Shown one piece after another: positions 10,631-22,440 of a DNA stretch of 52,880 nucleotides. The number at the start of each line of letters is the position of its first letter. The first letter of the stretch is position 1. Source of the stretch: Vitrella brassicaformis CCMP3155 (taxonomy: Eukaryota; Protista; Chromerida); NCBI GenBank assembly GCA_001179505.1, contig CDMY01000551.1, forward strand, positions 1 through 52,880. The letters are read 5' to 3'. The notes beneath the pieces were generated by a model, which was given only the letters and a program-made list of their open reading frames with translations, searched no databases and was not told the origin of the DNA. The translations under genes and the position numbers were made by a program.

Positions 10631-11305
10631 GTGCAGCTGACAGGTGGATACTCTTCTGTGATGCATTTGGAAATTCATCGTCAGTCACCACACGTGTCAC
10701 ATGATGCAAACACCCGTTCCGCGCACACTCCATGTATCGACCCCTCTAATACAACTGAAGGTTCATTGACGGCGGTGTCTTCCCTTCCCACCGAACACAC
10801 CATGCCATCCACCCTCCCTCACGTGAATGTCATCCCACCTGCACATATATATCACAGCTCGACCAATCCCCTCATTGCTGGGATCGACGGGCAACCAACG
10901 ACAACACCCAGCACGGCACAACCGACATATCAAACACCGCGCACGAGCCAATTCATCAAATGTGGCACACACGAGGACAGAGCCACATACATCCAAACGT
11001 CCAACTAGCTCTACACACATACATTCAAACGTGTCGACAACTTGTCGACAGACAGAAACGATGCAATCCTATCAACACAAGGCACATTTACCGAGAGGGA
11101 GAGATACACATTGACCCCCCCACCCCTGTGCAGTGCAAGCCCCCGCATGCACTCAGTCAAGTCAGCCCGCAGAAGAGAAGTCAGCAAAGATGAAAACAGC
11201 CCATGAACTCATCTCAGGCTGTCTGCTGTACGTACACATGTGTGTGTGTATCTCAGCCCAGCCTCAGTGAGTGCATCCAGCCATTGACGGATGCGTGCCT
11301 CTCAT

Positions 11306-11493
11306 CTAGAAGCCCAACGCACTTCCGGCCGAGCGGACGGCATTTCCGACGGACTGGACGGCCTTCCGACCCTCACGGCCGACATCCTCGACAGCAAGGT
11401 TAGCAGGAGAATGGACGAAGTTGACGTGGGGGACACTGACACTTGGAAGCCTGACGCCACCGAATTGGGCGCGACGCAGTGGCGGCTGACTGC

Positions 11494-11524
<31 letters not shown>

Positions 11525-11698
11525 GATGTGTGGCTCGTGTGTGGTGTGTGCTTGGTTGGCCTTTTCCTACTTGTCATGGGCGGCCTTGGCACGGAAAGAG
11601 CGGAGCACATTGGGCGCAGCAGCCTCGTTGGGCCCTCCAGACACCACCATGGCCATGGCGACCAAAACAACAGCCGTCGTCATTGCGAAGCGGACCAT
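11306..11698 (-). CDS. Small secreted peptide precursor (103 aa, 2 exons), unknown function
   Basis: Exon 1 (11698-11571), a GT-AG intron (11570-11490) and exon 2 (11489-11306) join in frame: MVRFAMTTAVVLVAMAMVVSG-GPNEAAAPNVLRSFRAKAAHDNQPPLRR-AQFGGVRLPSVSVPHVNFVHSPANLAVEDVGREGRKAVQSVGNAVRSAGSALGF*. It has a signal peptide, an RR site and a C-terminal amphipathic helix. The spliced form is not in the ORF track. Confidence 0.7.
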
Positions 11699-12074
11699 CG
11701 ATGATTGAGCGGCCGAGGGACGACAGACACGACTAAGACTGACAGGAGTCGGGGCAGAGAGAGACTGGACAGCTGAGGGGGCCGAGGGAGGAAGCAGTGC
11801 AAAGAGAGCGATAGATGGGCTGGGTGGGAGGAAAGAGGTGAGGGCCGACCGGGGAACAAGACACACGACACGCAAGACACGCAAGACACCTCTCCCGCAT
11901 GGGAGATATCTTCTCCTCTCTCTCGCGAGAGCTTACGAGCTTGGAGCACTCTTTGGTGCGGATCTTTCACAGAGAGCCGCTGATCTCGCTTGCACGCAGC
12001 CCGCCAGGATGCCAGGCCGTTGCAAAAGCGCTTGGCTGAAGAACGCTTCAAGCTCGCAACAGCGCGATCGGAAA

Positions 12075-12863
12075 ATGATGCGCAACGACGAGCTTTCGGC
12101 TCTGTGCGGCCGCGGCGGTCGGCAGATGGGATGCCGCGCGGTGTATTTCTCGCGCGCTCAAGTGGCGGGCCCTCCGCCATCTCGAGTGCTGTCCGCCGCC
12201 CACATGATCATCCAACTGGCCAAGGACACACACTTGTAGGTGTGGGACCACACACACGCAGGCAGACAGACAGGGAGATCCACTTTCTCTGTGTGTCAGG
12301 TCGTCGCCTCAGATCTGCTGCACGGCGCTGTTTGTGCTGCAGAGGCTGTCGCTCAAAGCCAAACTGACCGACGCCGACGAGACCGTAACACTCACACACA
12401 CTCTGCACACCACACACAGGTCTCTCTGCCGCCATCTGTGTGTGTGTGTGACAGGTGTTGGCGGCGTCGTGTCTGTTTCTGGCCGCCAAGATGGAGGGCA
12501 AACTGCTCCGCGCACCCAAACTGGCCGACTGCATCATCAGGCGCGAGAGGGCCCAGCCGACGCCCCTCCAGCCACTGGTGGCCACACACCCATCACCCCC
12601 CAGCCCCACCCCGGCCCAGCACTCGTCGATCGCCTCGCCGGCGATGCCGCCGTCGCCTGCCAGCATGGTGGACAGCCGAGACGAACAGCCGCAGCCAAAG
12701 GGGGAGAAGGAGAAGGAGGATGGCGTGTGGGAGGTCAGCTGAGAGGGACACTGTGGGCGTCACAGACAGACAGACAGACACTGAGGGGTGTGTGTGTTGC
12801 GTGTGCGTGTAGGCGGTGAGGGGCGGGATTGAGAGCGCCATGATCGCGACGGAGTTTCAGGCA

Positions 12864-12894
<31 letters not shown>

Positions 12895-13854
12895 GAGAGA
12901 TGCACTGATGGACCTGTGTGTGTGGCTTCTGTGTGTGTTCAGATCATTTACGAGCTGTCATTTGACTTCGACATGGAGACGGCCGTCCCGCACATCCACT
13001 CGTACGTCACCAAACTGTCGACCTACATAGCCACCGGTAAACAAGTGCCTGGGCACCACACCCTCTGATGCCGTCGTGTGTGTGTCGCTGCGGTTTGTCG
13101 ATGGTCAGCTGCCAAGATCGAGGACCTCCGCAATGTGGCCCTCATGTTCGCCGTCGACGCCTACCACACACGGCTGCCACTCGTCGAGACACCGCAACTC
13201 ATCGGTCAGCTGGTCTCTCTGTCTGCCGGGGCACACACACATCAGTCCGTTTGGACGACCCACTTCTGTGTGTGTGTGTGTGTGCAGGTTTAGCGTGTCT
13301 GTGTCTGAGTGTGCGGTTTCTGAAGCTGAAGATGCCCAAGATCACCATGGCGGGCGACGGCAGGGCGACAGGCAAGACAGTCAAATGGACCGAATTCCTC
13401 TCTGAGGATATCAGGTGGGGGCAGAGGGGTCGGGGAGGGTGGGGGTGCTGGTCGGTGTGTGAGTGATCATTGAGAACATTGTAACTAAGTCTCTGGTGCA
13501 TTGCCTGTCCCAATCTCTCTCTCTCTCTCTGTGTCTGTGTGTCTGTCTGTGTGTGTGTGTGTGTGTGTGTGTCAGTGAGGGTGAGGTTCTCGAGTGTGCC
13601 CGGCAGCTGCAGCCGCTCTACGACGGCACTCTCTACCACACACCGCAGTGGACTGACCGACCCAAACACACCAAGACACTCAGGTCAACACACACAGACC
13701 ATCTCACTCACACACACGCACCTTGCCCCACTTCTGCAGGCCCTATGCTGTTGGCCACGGCGGTGGGGCGCGCCGGTCGAGTGTGCGGATGTCGCCATAT
13801 GGCGGTGGGGGCGGCCGGAGCAGAGGCAAACGAGATGTGCTGAGAAGCGCATGA
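12075..13854 (+). CDS. Transcriptional cyclin (cyclin K/T/L class), about 9 exons; start codon uncertain (12009, 12075 or 12126)
   Basis: Spliced: VYFSRAQV..PPSR..SAAHMIIQLAKDTHL..ICCTALFVLQRL..VLAASCLFLAAKMEG..EFQIIYELSFDFDME..PH..VALMFAVDAYHTRLPL..IGLACLCLS..W..F..EVLECARQLQPLY. This gives two cyclin boxes. One GC-AG intron (12861-12942) is needed. Confidence 0.88.
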
Positions 13855-13950
13855 CGGTCCATTTGTGTGGGAGGCGATGGCCATCGGACCTACAGACGGA
13901 CTTTTGTAGTGCGGGAGGATCCTTAGCTAATGTGATTAGCGAGCCTGGCG

Positions 13951-14326
13951 GTGTCTGGTGGGTGCCCTTGGCCCCCTCCCCATGCACGCCGTCTTGTGTG
14001 TCGGTTGGTTCCGTCCCGCAGACCTCGTGTGTGAGTGGGGGGCGAAGGACACCCAAAGGACACAGACGAGAGAGAGAACGGCCGACACTCTTTGCCAGTC
14101 AGCCTGACGGACAGGGGGCTGCTCGGGACCCATGTGTGTGTACTCGATGTGTCTCGTTGGTGCGATTCTCTCTGTGCGGCTGCGTCCTTGTCTCAGCGTC
14201 TGTGTATGCTGCCTCATCACTGTGACGGCTCAGTGCGTGGGGCTCCGTACACTGACGTCGGCTGAAGGGGGCACACGTGCGAGAGGGATGACTGGTGCGA
14301 TGGACGACTGCATCAATATCGGTGCA
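13951..14326. repeat. Dispersed repeat, copy 2 (direct orientation with 10259-10630), about 100 bp after the cyclin stop
   Basis: Alignment by eye with copy 1; 14271-14326 is identical to 10575-10630. Confidence 0.92.
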
Positions 14327-14664
14327 CTTACCGGATAAGACAGCTGTGTAATTGTTTATCTCGCAGCAAATTGCTGACGGTGTCCCCCATTCGCCACTCT
14401 GAACACGGCTACTGTACACCAACGAGCACCAAACTTGTGGCCACTCACTCACAAACAAAATGTCAACAAAGGATGACAATACACACAGACATACATACAT
14501 ACATCGAACTACTCCGCCGCACGCCCCATCCCTGCGGATGGCACTGAGAGACGTCGAGACGTCGCACATGTGATGGTGAACATCGTACGTGTCAGGCAGA
14601 CGGACCCTATTTTCCTCTCTCCCACCCTCCAGTGCACATCCATCCATCCATTCTCTAGACATGG

Positions 14665-17333
14665 CTACCGCCGTCTCCGTGCTGCTGCAGCGGCCCCTGT
14701 CGTTATTTCCCGCATACTCACCGGCTCCACCCTTACCTGCACAAACACACATACAACACATTCACACACACAGAGCAGAGGCAAACACGTGCCTGTAGGC
14801 GTACGTACCTTCTTGAATCGCCGCATCAGCGGCTTCTCAGCAACGTTGCCGCCGGTGGTGGTCGCGTCACTAGTGTCTCCTCCCGCACTGGGCTGCACAC
14901 CGACGCTCCGCGCACTCCTATGCGCTCGCAGCAGACCCAACCCACGAGACGTGTCCACCTCGGCAGCACTGTAAGGGCCAGCCGTGATGCGCAACACTGC
15001 TCCAACCGTCTGCACACACACGCGACTGGGCGGGGGAGAGGGAGGGGGGAGGGGAGGGGAGGTCCGTACCTGTCTGCAGATGGCACATCTGGCTTGCTGT
15101 CTCCTGGCGATGTTGCACGCGCACTTGACGCAGGACCCGCCGTGGCCGCACGGGTAGAGGATGGCGTCGGGCTTGACGTCAAAGCACACGAAACACAAAT
15201 CCTCCTCACACGCCTCGTCGATCGACGAACCTGACCCCACACACACTCACAGAGGGAGAAAGAGATGCATGTGCTGTGGTGCACACGGCACATTGCCTGA
15301 CCGAAGAACGAGTTCATCACTGAGGAGGGCGGGTCCAGCAGGTGTCTGGGTGAGTGCTCGGGCGGCCTGTTGGACAGCTGCGCCCCCTGGGCGCCCTGGG
15401 CCGCCTCACCTGGCACACGTGACGACGCCGCGAGGGCGGTGCGGCGCACCTCTGGTGACGGCGGCCGGAGCGTGAAGAACGTAGAGGTCACCTGATACTG
15501 ACACCCACACACACACACACACAAACACTGTTTGTATGGGATGACTTCATGAGAGCCTTGTGTACCATTTCGGTGGGCAGTCTGTGTGCCCTCCTCATGG
15601 CGAGCGGGGCCCTGTTTGGCTGCGGGCCGTCGGGCGGGGCGGGCACGAACCACGTCGCGTGCATCGCATAGCTGCACACACATAACACAGATAATCCACA
15701 CCACACACCGTACATTGCCACGGAGGGTGCATGGCTGACTTACCAGAGTGGTTTGCGCAGGATGACGGCCGACATGACGCAGGCCGACAAATAGGCCAGC
15801 CATGGGATCAGCACCAACTCCAGCTGGTCAGAGCACTGGGACGAGCTGAGAGAAGGGCCGCACAGACCTGTACACACACCACACCACACCACACCCTCAG
15901 TTGTGTGTGGATGTGGCAGACGATTCATTGGCACCTACCGTTGTCTAGGGTGTGGCTGAGTGATACGGCGGTGGTGAGTGAGCTGGCGGCCAGACCGGCA
16001 GCTACCAAAGACAGCCACCCCACCATCAACACTGGTTGGTTGACCGATGCGATGCGATGCACACAAACAGGAACGTATGCAGATCTACATGTGTGTCACT
16101 TCGGCTTACTTCTGGTTCTATCAAGGAACGCCGTGACGACGCACACTGGGAGCAGCACCACCAGCAGCAGACACAGCACGCCGAAGAAACCCCACAGCGG
16201 CCTGGTCGTGACGTATATATGTGTTGACACGACACACACACTGGTTGGTTGGTTAATTGGCTGTCACAACACAGGATGGCTGCTCACCAGAAGGCTGCTT
16301 TCCACGAGTAGCCCGACGCATTGTCCCCTTTGCAAGAGAGGCTCACCAGGAGCACAAACTGCAAGCCACATAATGTATGTCATCAGCACACACACACACA
16401 CATACACACAAGAAATAATGTATGTGCCCGCCAGCTCGGTCGCACCCACCCATAGGAATCTCCAGAACTCCCCCAGCACTCGCGAGATGACGCCACACCC
16501 CTCCGCCTGAGGCTGCATGCACCCAACACACACAAACATACACACACACACCCCATGTTATGGTGCTGGTGGGGTCGCTGCTTACAATGTCGTGTACGGA
16601 TCCCATGCAGAAATGTGCAGCGTATCCGATGATAGTGGGGACCATCGTCAGGCGCAGATTCAACACGCGACGGCCGCGCGAGTACAGGTGCACCAGCAGC
16701 AGCACCTTGTACAGCGCATCGGACGCCGCCAAGGTTGCCGTGCGCAGCGCCTGCACACACACACCACGAGTACACTCACCATCCCAACCAATGATGGATG
16801 TGCGAGTGGATGGATGATTCTGGCTGAGTGAGTGACCTCGTGTTTGATGAGCATGCGCCTATTTCGCCACAGGTAGTGTGCGAAGCACAGGTTGTACACG
16901 TCTAAAAGGAACAGGGGCAGCAGGATCAGCCACCAGGGGAACAGCCCGCCGCCCAGCCACGGGGGCACCATCCCAGGAGCCTGATCACACACAACACACG
17001 AGCCATCCCCGTGTGTCCATCACGATCCCATCCCCACTCACTCACCAGTATCTTGAGCAAGAGCAGGGCGATGCTTAAGTCAGCCATGAGAGCCGTCATT
17101 ATCCACGTATCGAACCGCTTCTCCGTATCTCGCAGCAAAAATGCCATCGTCGCCAGCAGAGGGTCACCGTCGTCCTCTTCTGCTGCCACCCCTCCCACGC
17201 CCACGCCATCGCCGATGGGAATCTGGAGGTCGGCAGCCGCGGCAACGGCTACTGGAGGTGGAGGTGGGAGTGGAGGTGCGGAGGGGACGGGATCTTCATC
17301 TCCAGGGGTCATCGTGGGCCCTGCCGCCTGCAT
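14665..17333 (-). CDS. Multi-pass membrane protein with C-terminal RING-HC (zf-C3HC4_3-type) E3 ligase domain
   Basis: Exons encode several TM helices (FPWWLILLPLFLLD; YSWKAAFWPLWGFFGVLCLLVVLLPV; LELVLIPWLAYLSACV), then CFVCFDVKPDAILYPCGHGGSCVKCA...RCAICRQ. Stop TAG at 14665-14667. Confidence 0.85.
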
Positions 17334-17435
17334 CTTTTGAACCTTTTCCGGCTAGCAACGGCGAGTTGTGTTTGACGGAAGAATGGGTTCGTGATGGAGG
17401 GCATCTGGTCAACTCGATAGGCAGCCATATATAGC

Positions 17436-17790
17436 ATGAGCATCAACATGTCGTCGAAAGTGCTCGATGAAATTCGTGCAGAGGCAGCAGCCCTTTCGCG
17501 AATGGTATGTTATGTACGGTCAGCCATCCACCCAATGCATCCATCCATCCAGCAAATGCACCGCACTATCAGTCAGCACACGTGCATTCACCCATGTGTG
17601 TGATGTGGTTTCGTTTCCTTCGTTGATGTATTGCAGCATCGCAGCATCCGCTCGTCCAGCAAGAGGGCAGAGAGCGACCGCCAGAGTGCCGAACACTCTT
17701 ACCGCGAGCAGCAGCAGCCCATGGACCTCCCCTCCACACGCAGACCTCAGCTCAGAGGTACGCCGCATTGTGACATGATCGGCCAGTGCA

Positions 17791-17823
<33 letters not shown>

Positions 17824-20800
17824 GCATGCCTTGCAGATGACGTGACAGTGACAGTGTATCACTCTGAGGGCGGCAGCAGCAGCGCCCTAGCAGCCCGGCA
17901 GCCAGGCCACATCACATCGCTCAACCACAGGTCGCCTGATGCCGATGACGGCTGGCCCGGCCCTCCGCGGCCGTTCCTGCCGCAGGGGGGGTCGAGCAGC
18001 AGCGGCAGCACTGCCATGGGGTCTGCCATGGGCACCAAGCTGTCGAGTCGTCGGGACTTATTGGGCGCTGCTGAGCGCGAGGACCCCAGTGCGGCTGTGC
18101 AGCGGCTGCAGAGGGACCGGCAGGAACTCATGACGTGGGCAAACAAACTCATGGCCGATGTGAGAAGAGAGGGAGGGGGTGAGGAGGAGGGTCGTCATTG
18201 GTGGTGCACTGGGGTTTTTGTGTGGTTTGTCAGATGAAGGAGCTTGAGGCGAAGAACTCGCGGCTGGAGCGACAGATAGCCGATGAACGCTCGCGAGCCA
18301 AGGTGGGTGGATGAACGGATGGGTGGGTGGGTTGGTGACGCACTGACCGTTCTTGGCGCGATTCAGGCGCACCAGGAAGATCCCCTTCTCCGTCGTCAGG
18401 TGGAGATGTACGCCAGCCAGATCGACAGCCTGCAGAGCGAGAAGTTCTCGGCTGACAAGGCCATCGAAAAGGCCTGCGCTGACATGCAGGCTGACAGGTA
18501 ATGAATGAGTCACACGTGCCGAGGGGGCGGATGGGTGGGTGCATCGTATACTGCATGGCTGCTTTGTCCGTCCTTTGTTCCATATCGTTGGTTCATGCAG
18601 GGATGTGTGGATTGAGAGGTGTCGTGGGTTAGAGGTTCAGCGCGGAGAGCACGAGCAGCAGATAGACGACCTGCAGAAGACCGTAGACGAACTCAAGGTG
18701 AGCCCAACACATACAGGCACCACATGGGCAGGGAAACGTTGCTGCTGCTGTCTGCAGGGGGCTTCATCGTCGTTGCGTGAGGAGTTGGAACAGAAGTCGC
18801 GCGAGGTCGAAGTGGGGGCCGCGGCGCTTTCCCTGGCCGAGTAAGACATGACCCAGCCAATGGCTCCCTCTCTTGGATGTTGGTGCGCATTCATTCAGGG
18901 AGCAGCTGTCCAAAGAGAAGGAGCAGCGAGAGGCGCTCAACGAGGCACTTATGGTCAGATGCTCAGCTCAACACCTCACTCACCCATACATACAGATCCT
19001 TTGTTGGTGCCTGTTCTGCTCAGCGTAAAGAGGAGGAGCGTCAGGCCCTCATGACCGACATCAGGAGCCAGATCGACACCGCCACACAGGCACACGCGGA
19101 CAAGTACACCAGTCTGGAAGAGACCCTCAAGGAAAAGTGCACCAAAGTGGTGGGTGGGGAGGGCAACAACATATGTGTGGGCAAAGAGGGACGCCACCAG
19201 GCACTTCTTTTACTTTGGTGCAGCTGGCAGCCCTTGAGCGGACAGAGAGCGAGATGCGCCAGCTGAAATGGAAGACACAGGGCATCCGGGGCGAATGTCG
19301 CCAGCAGGTCGATGCTCTGATGCGCAGCAGCACGGTAAGGACGGCAACAGCACAAGCCGGCCATCAAGTGTAAGTGAATCCCTCTATATCTCCACAGGCT
19401 GAGAGGGAGGCCTTGATCGAGCAGCTCAGCGGCGAAAGGGAGAGAGCGGTCAGTGGACGTCGCACACGCAGCACACGCAGACATACGGAGATCACCGCCC
19501 CTTCCTGTCTATCTGCCATGCAGCTGGGTCAGGTGATTGATGATTACAATCGGCGGTGCACGGCCCTCGAGCAGGACCTGGCCATCAAGGACCAGCTCAT
19601 ACACAAACTCAGGTAGGTCAGAATACCATCCATTCCCACACCAGTGGATCCGTATGGCTTGCCATGCCGTCCATGCCTGCAGGCACAGGCCATCCCGCGA
19701 TCCCGCTGAGAGTGTCAGCGGGGAGCTGCGGGCCATCATGGCCGGCACCTTCCTGAGGAAGGCTCACTTCCACGGCCAGCACAAACGTGTCGACAGATTC
19801 GTGCAGGTCACACATACAAAGAGGACAGAAGTCCGGGGTGTGTCATATGACATCCTGTACGCGTCTTATGTGCAGGTGTCATCGAGCCTGATGCTGCGTT
19901 GGGGCACCGATCCGAGGAGACTCAAGGACGAAATCAGCCTCAGGGTAACTCGCTGAGTGAATGCAGTGTGCACCATCCACCCAACCACCACGCCTACACA
20001 ATATTGTCATCAGGACGTGGTTCGCGTGGAGTACGGCCCGCTGGCACGGATGCAGCTGTGGAAGCCCGATGAGGTGCGGAGACTCTCGTACATGCTGCTG
20101 CTTGTGTGCATGTCTGACATATCAGAGTGAGTTGTCCTATCGCTGCTTCTCCCTCATCACGTCGACCCGCTCCTACGACTTCATGGCACTCACTGACTGG
20201 GAATGCCAGGCGTCAGCGATTAGACCCCCCCCCCCCCCCCCCCCNNNNNNNNNNNNNNNNNNNNNNNNNNNNNNNNNNNNNNNNNNNNNNNNNNNNNNNN
20301 NNNNNNNNNNNNNNNNNNNNNNNNNNNNNNNNNNNNNNNNNNNNNNNNNNNNNNNNNNNNNNNNNNNNNNNNNNNNNNNNNNNNNNNNNNNNNNNNNNNN
20401 NNNNNNNNNNNNNNNNNNNNNNNNNNNNNNNNNNNNNNNNNNNNNNNNNNNNNNNNNNNNNNNNNNNNNNNNNNNNNNNNNNNNNNNNNNNNNNNNNNNN
20501 NNNNNNNNNNNNNNNNNNNNNNNNNNNNNNNNNNNNNNNNNNNNCCCCCCCCCCCCCCCCAAGCCAATCCAGGTGCATCTCTGTGTGTGTCTCTGTGGGC
20601 GTGGATGCGTGCAGATGGGTGGTTGGTGTGAGCCGGCTCGTGTCGCAGTGGTCAGCTGCCGTGGTGTCGTCACGCCACACTTTCCTGGTCAAGCGGTCCG
20701 TCATGAAGGTCGACGAACTGGCCAGGGAGAAAGGTAAGCAGATCAGTGCTTCCATTTGCTCTGCACAAGGAGGGAGTATGTGTCTTGCGTGTCATGATGT

Positions 20801-20889
20801 CGGTAGAGACGACTCGTGCGGGTCTGCTGATGTCGGCGATCCGCAGGGCATCTCTGCTCAGCGCACCGCAGAGGCGGAGAGAGACATAG
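17436..20889 (+). CDS. Long coiled-coil protein with C-terminal PH domain (Num1/Mcp5- or PLC-type PH)
   Basis: About 18 in-phase exons with heptad E/K/Q/R-rich segments, then MAGTFLRKAHFH..KRVDRFVQVSSSLMLRWG..ISLRDVVRVEYG..ELSYRCFSLITSTRSYDFMA....CQAWVVGVSRL. The intron spanning the N gap (20212-20614) rejoins in phase (GC|A TGG). Confidence 0.8.
20245..20544. other. Assembly gap (300 N) flanked by poly-C (20225-20244 and 20545-20560), inside an intron
   Basis: N run and C homopolymers read directly. Confidence 0.99.
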
Positions 20890-21183
20890 CTAGTACCGGA
20901 TGTGTAGATCTATCTGCGTACATACATACATACATACATACACGCGCGCGTCCATACAGTGCCACGTGCGTAATGTCTACATGTGCAAAACGTATGTTGC
21001 GACTGCTCACGGGAATATTTGGGATAAGTGCGTGACGCTGCCGACGAATGGGGTACGACGAATTTACGACATGCAAAGTGGGGGCCTGCTTGGGGGGTCA
21101 CCGTCTCGGGTTACCGTCCCGACCAGCTTCTACCCCAGCACAATCTCAACGAATCCCAATTCCCATCCATTCGTGTCATCGTG

Positions 21184-22440
21184 ATGATGAGGGCAGGTGT
21201 CGTCATCGCCATCATCGCGGCCGCGCTCTCCTGCGGTATGCACATCTCTGAAAACCCCGGCAGAATCCATGCCCTCAATTTTGCGAATTGCGTGTGTGAG
21301 AACATGCAGGTGCGGCCAAGGAATTTGATCTTCAAGATACTGCGAAGAGTAAGGGGAGACAGCTGTGCTCTGCAATGAACGATGCCTTGCTTTCATGCTG
21401 GTTGCAGGGCGGGGCCACCAAGGGCACAGGAACACCAGCTTACCTCTTCCGGCTGAGTTCAAATGCGCAAAAGACCCCGCACGTACGTGAATGAAAAGCC
21501 ACGCACACCTTTTCACCGGCATGGCCGTGTCTCTCACTCTCTCTCTCTCTCGAACGACCGACAGCTTGTGATTTCTCGGGAGACGCCGAGAAAGTGTGCG
21601 GAGAAACCGAGGAAGAGGAGCTCCTGATATGCGTTAGCGGGTACAGCAGATGCACGTGCGGGATGCGTGTACTTCGATGTTGTGCCATGCTTGGCCCAGG
21701 AAGACGCCCACTGAGCAGGAAATCACCCTCAAGGATCCCGAAATTTATTGGGTCGACTGGCGAAATGTCCGAGTGCCCTGCGAGACAAAAGCAAGGCAAG
21801 CCATCCAAACCATTCATTCGGTCGCTGCCTCCGACCTCGAAGCCCTCTGGGAAAAATGATAGGAAAACGCAGACAGATGGCAACGTGTACATGTGCACGG
21901 CCGCTTCATCTTGGGCCTGCTTTACCGTTTGTTTGTTGGTACAGCGTCTGCTGCCCGAAGGCATACAGCCTCACCGACATTGACGAGGTACTCGACCCCG
22001 AAGAGGAGGCCGAGCGAGCCGTGCTCAGGGAGGAGGAGGAACGCCAGCTTCGCCTCGCCTCATACCCGTTCAAAACCGCCGAGGAGCTCGAGGCCGCCAT
22101 GGATGAGTTCGAGGCCAAAGAGCGGCTGAAAGAGGAAGAGGCCGCCAAGGCGCTGGCCGCAAAGGCTGCCAAGGAGCTGGCCGCGAAGCCGGAACGCCCC
22201 AAATCGAGACAGAAAGTCACTTCTGTACACCCTTCGGTCCGTACGCGCACCACAAGGACGACTCCCTCGAATGCAGCAGGGAAGACGGCAACAACAGCAG
22301 GGAAGACGACGACAACAGCAGGGAAGACGACTTCCTCGAAGGCAGCAAGCAAGACGACGCCGACCAAGACGACGCCGACCAAGACGAGGACAACCAAGAA
22401 GGCCCCGTCAGAGGCAAAGGCCCAGCCAGTTTGGCACTGA
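21184..22440 (+). CDS. Putative secreted protein: Cys-containing N-terminal region, E/A/K-rich helix, and Lys/Thr-rich low-complexity tail
   Basis: Signal-like MMRAGVVIAIIAAALSC. In-phase exons AKEFDLQDTAK / RRGHQGHRNTSLPLPAEFKCAKDPA / PCDFSGDAEKVCGE..LLICVSG / KTPTEQEITLKDPEIYWVDWRN / VCCPKAYSLTDIDE... up to TGA at 22440. The junction near 21770-21945 is ambiguous and may use a GC donor. Confidence 0.65.
22276..22387 (+). repeat. Coding tandem repeats: 21-nt unit (AGKTxTT) x2.6 and 15-nt unit (KTTPT) x2.5
   Basis: gcagggaagacg(g/a)c(a/g)acaaca and aagacgacgccgacc units, read directly. Confidence 0.9.

Noticed and set aside
10241-11008. 255-aa ORF over repeat copy 1
   Set aside because: The frame is not preserved in copy 2, there are no recognisable motifs, and the composition is low-complexity.
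386-20889. Functional cluster of Miro with the Num1-like protein (mitochondrial tethering)
   Set aside because: The genes are 14 kb apart with unrelated genes between them, and eukaryotic neighbours are not generally co-functional. Treated as coincidence.
19961-21035. ORFs containing long X runs
   Set aside because: Artefacts of translating through the N gap.
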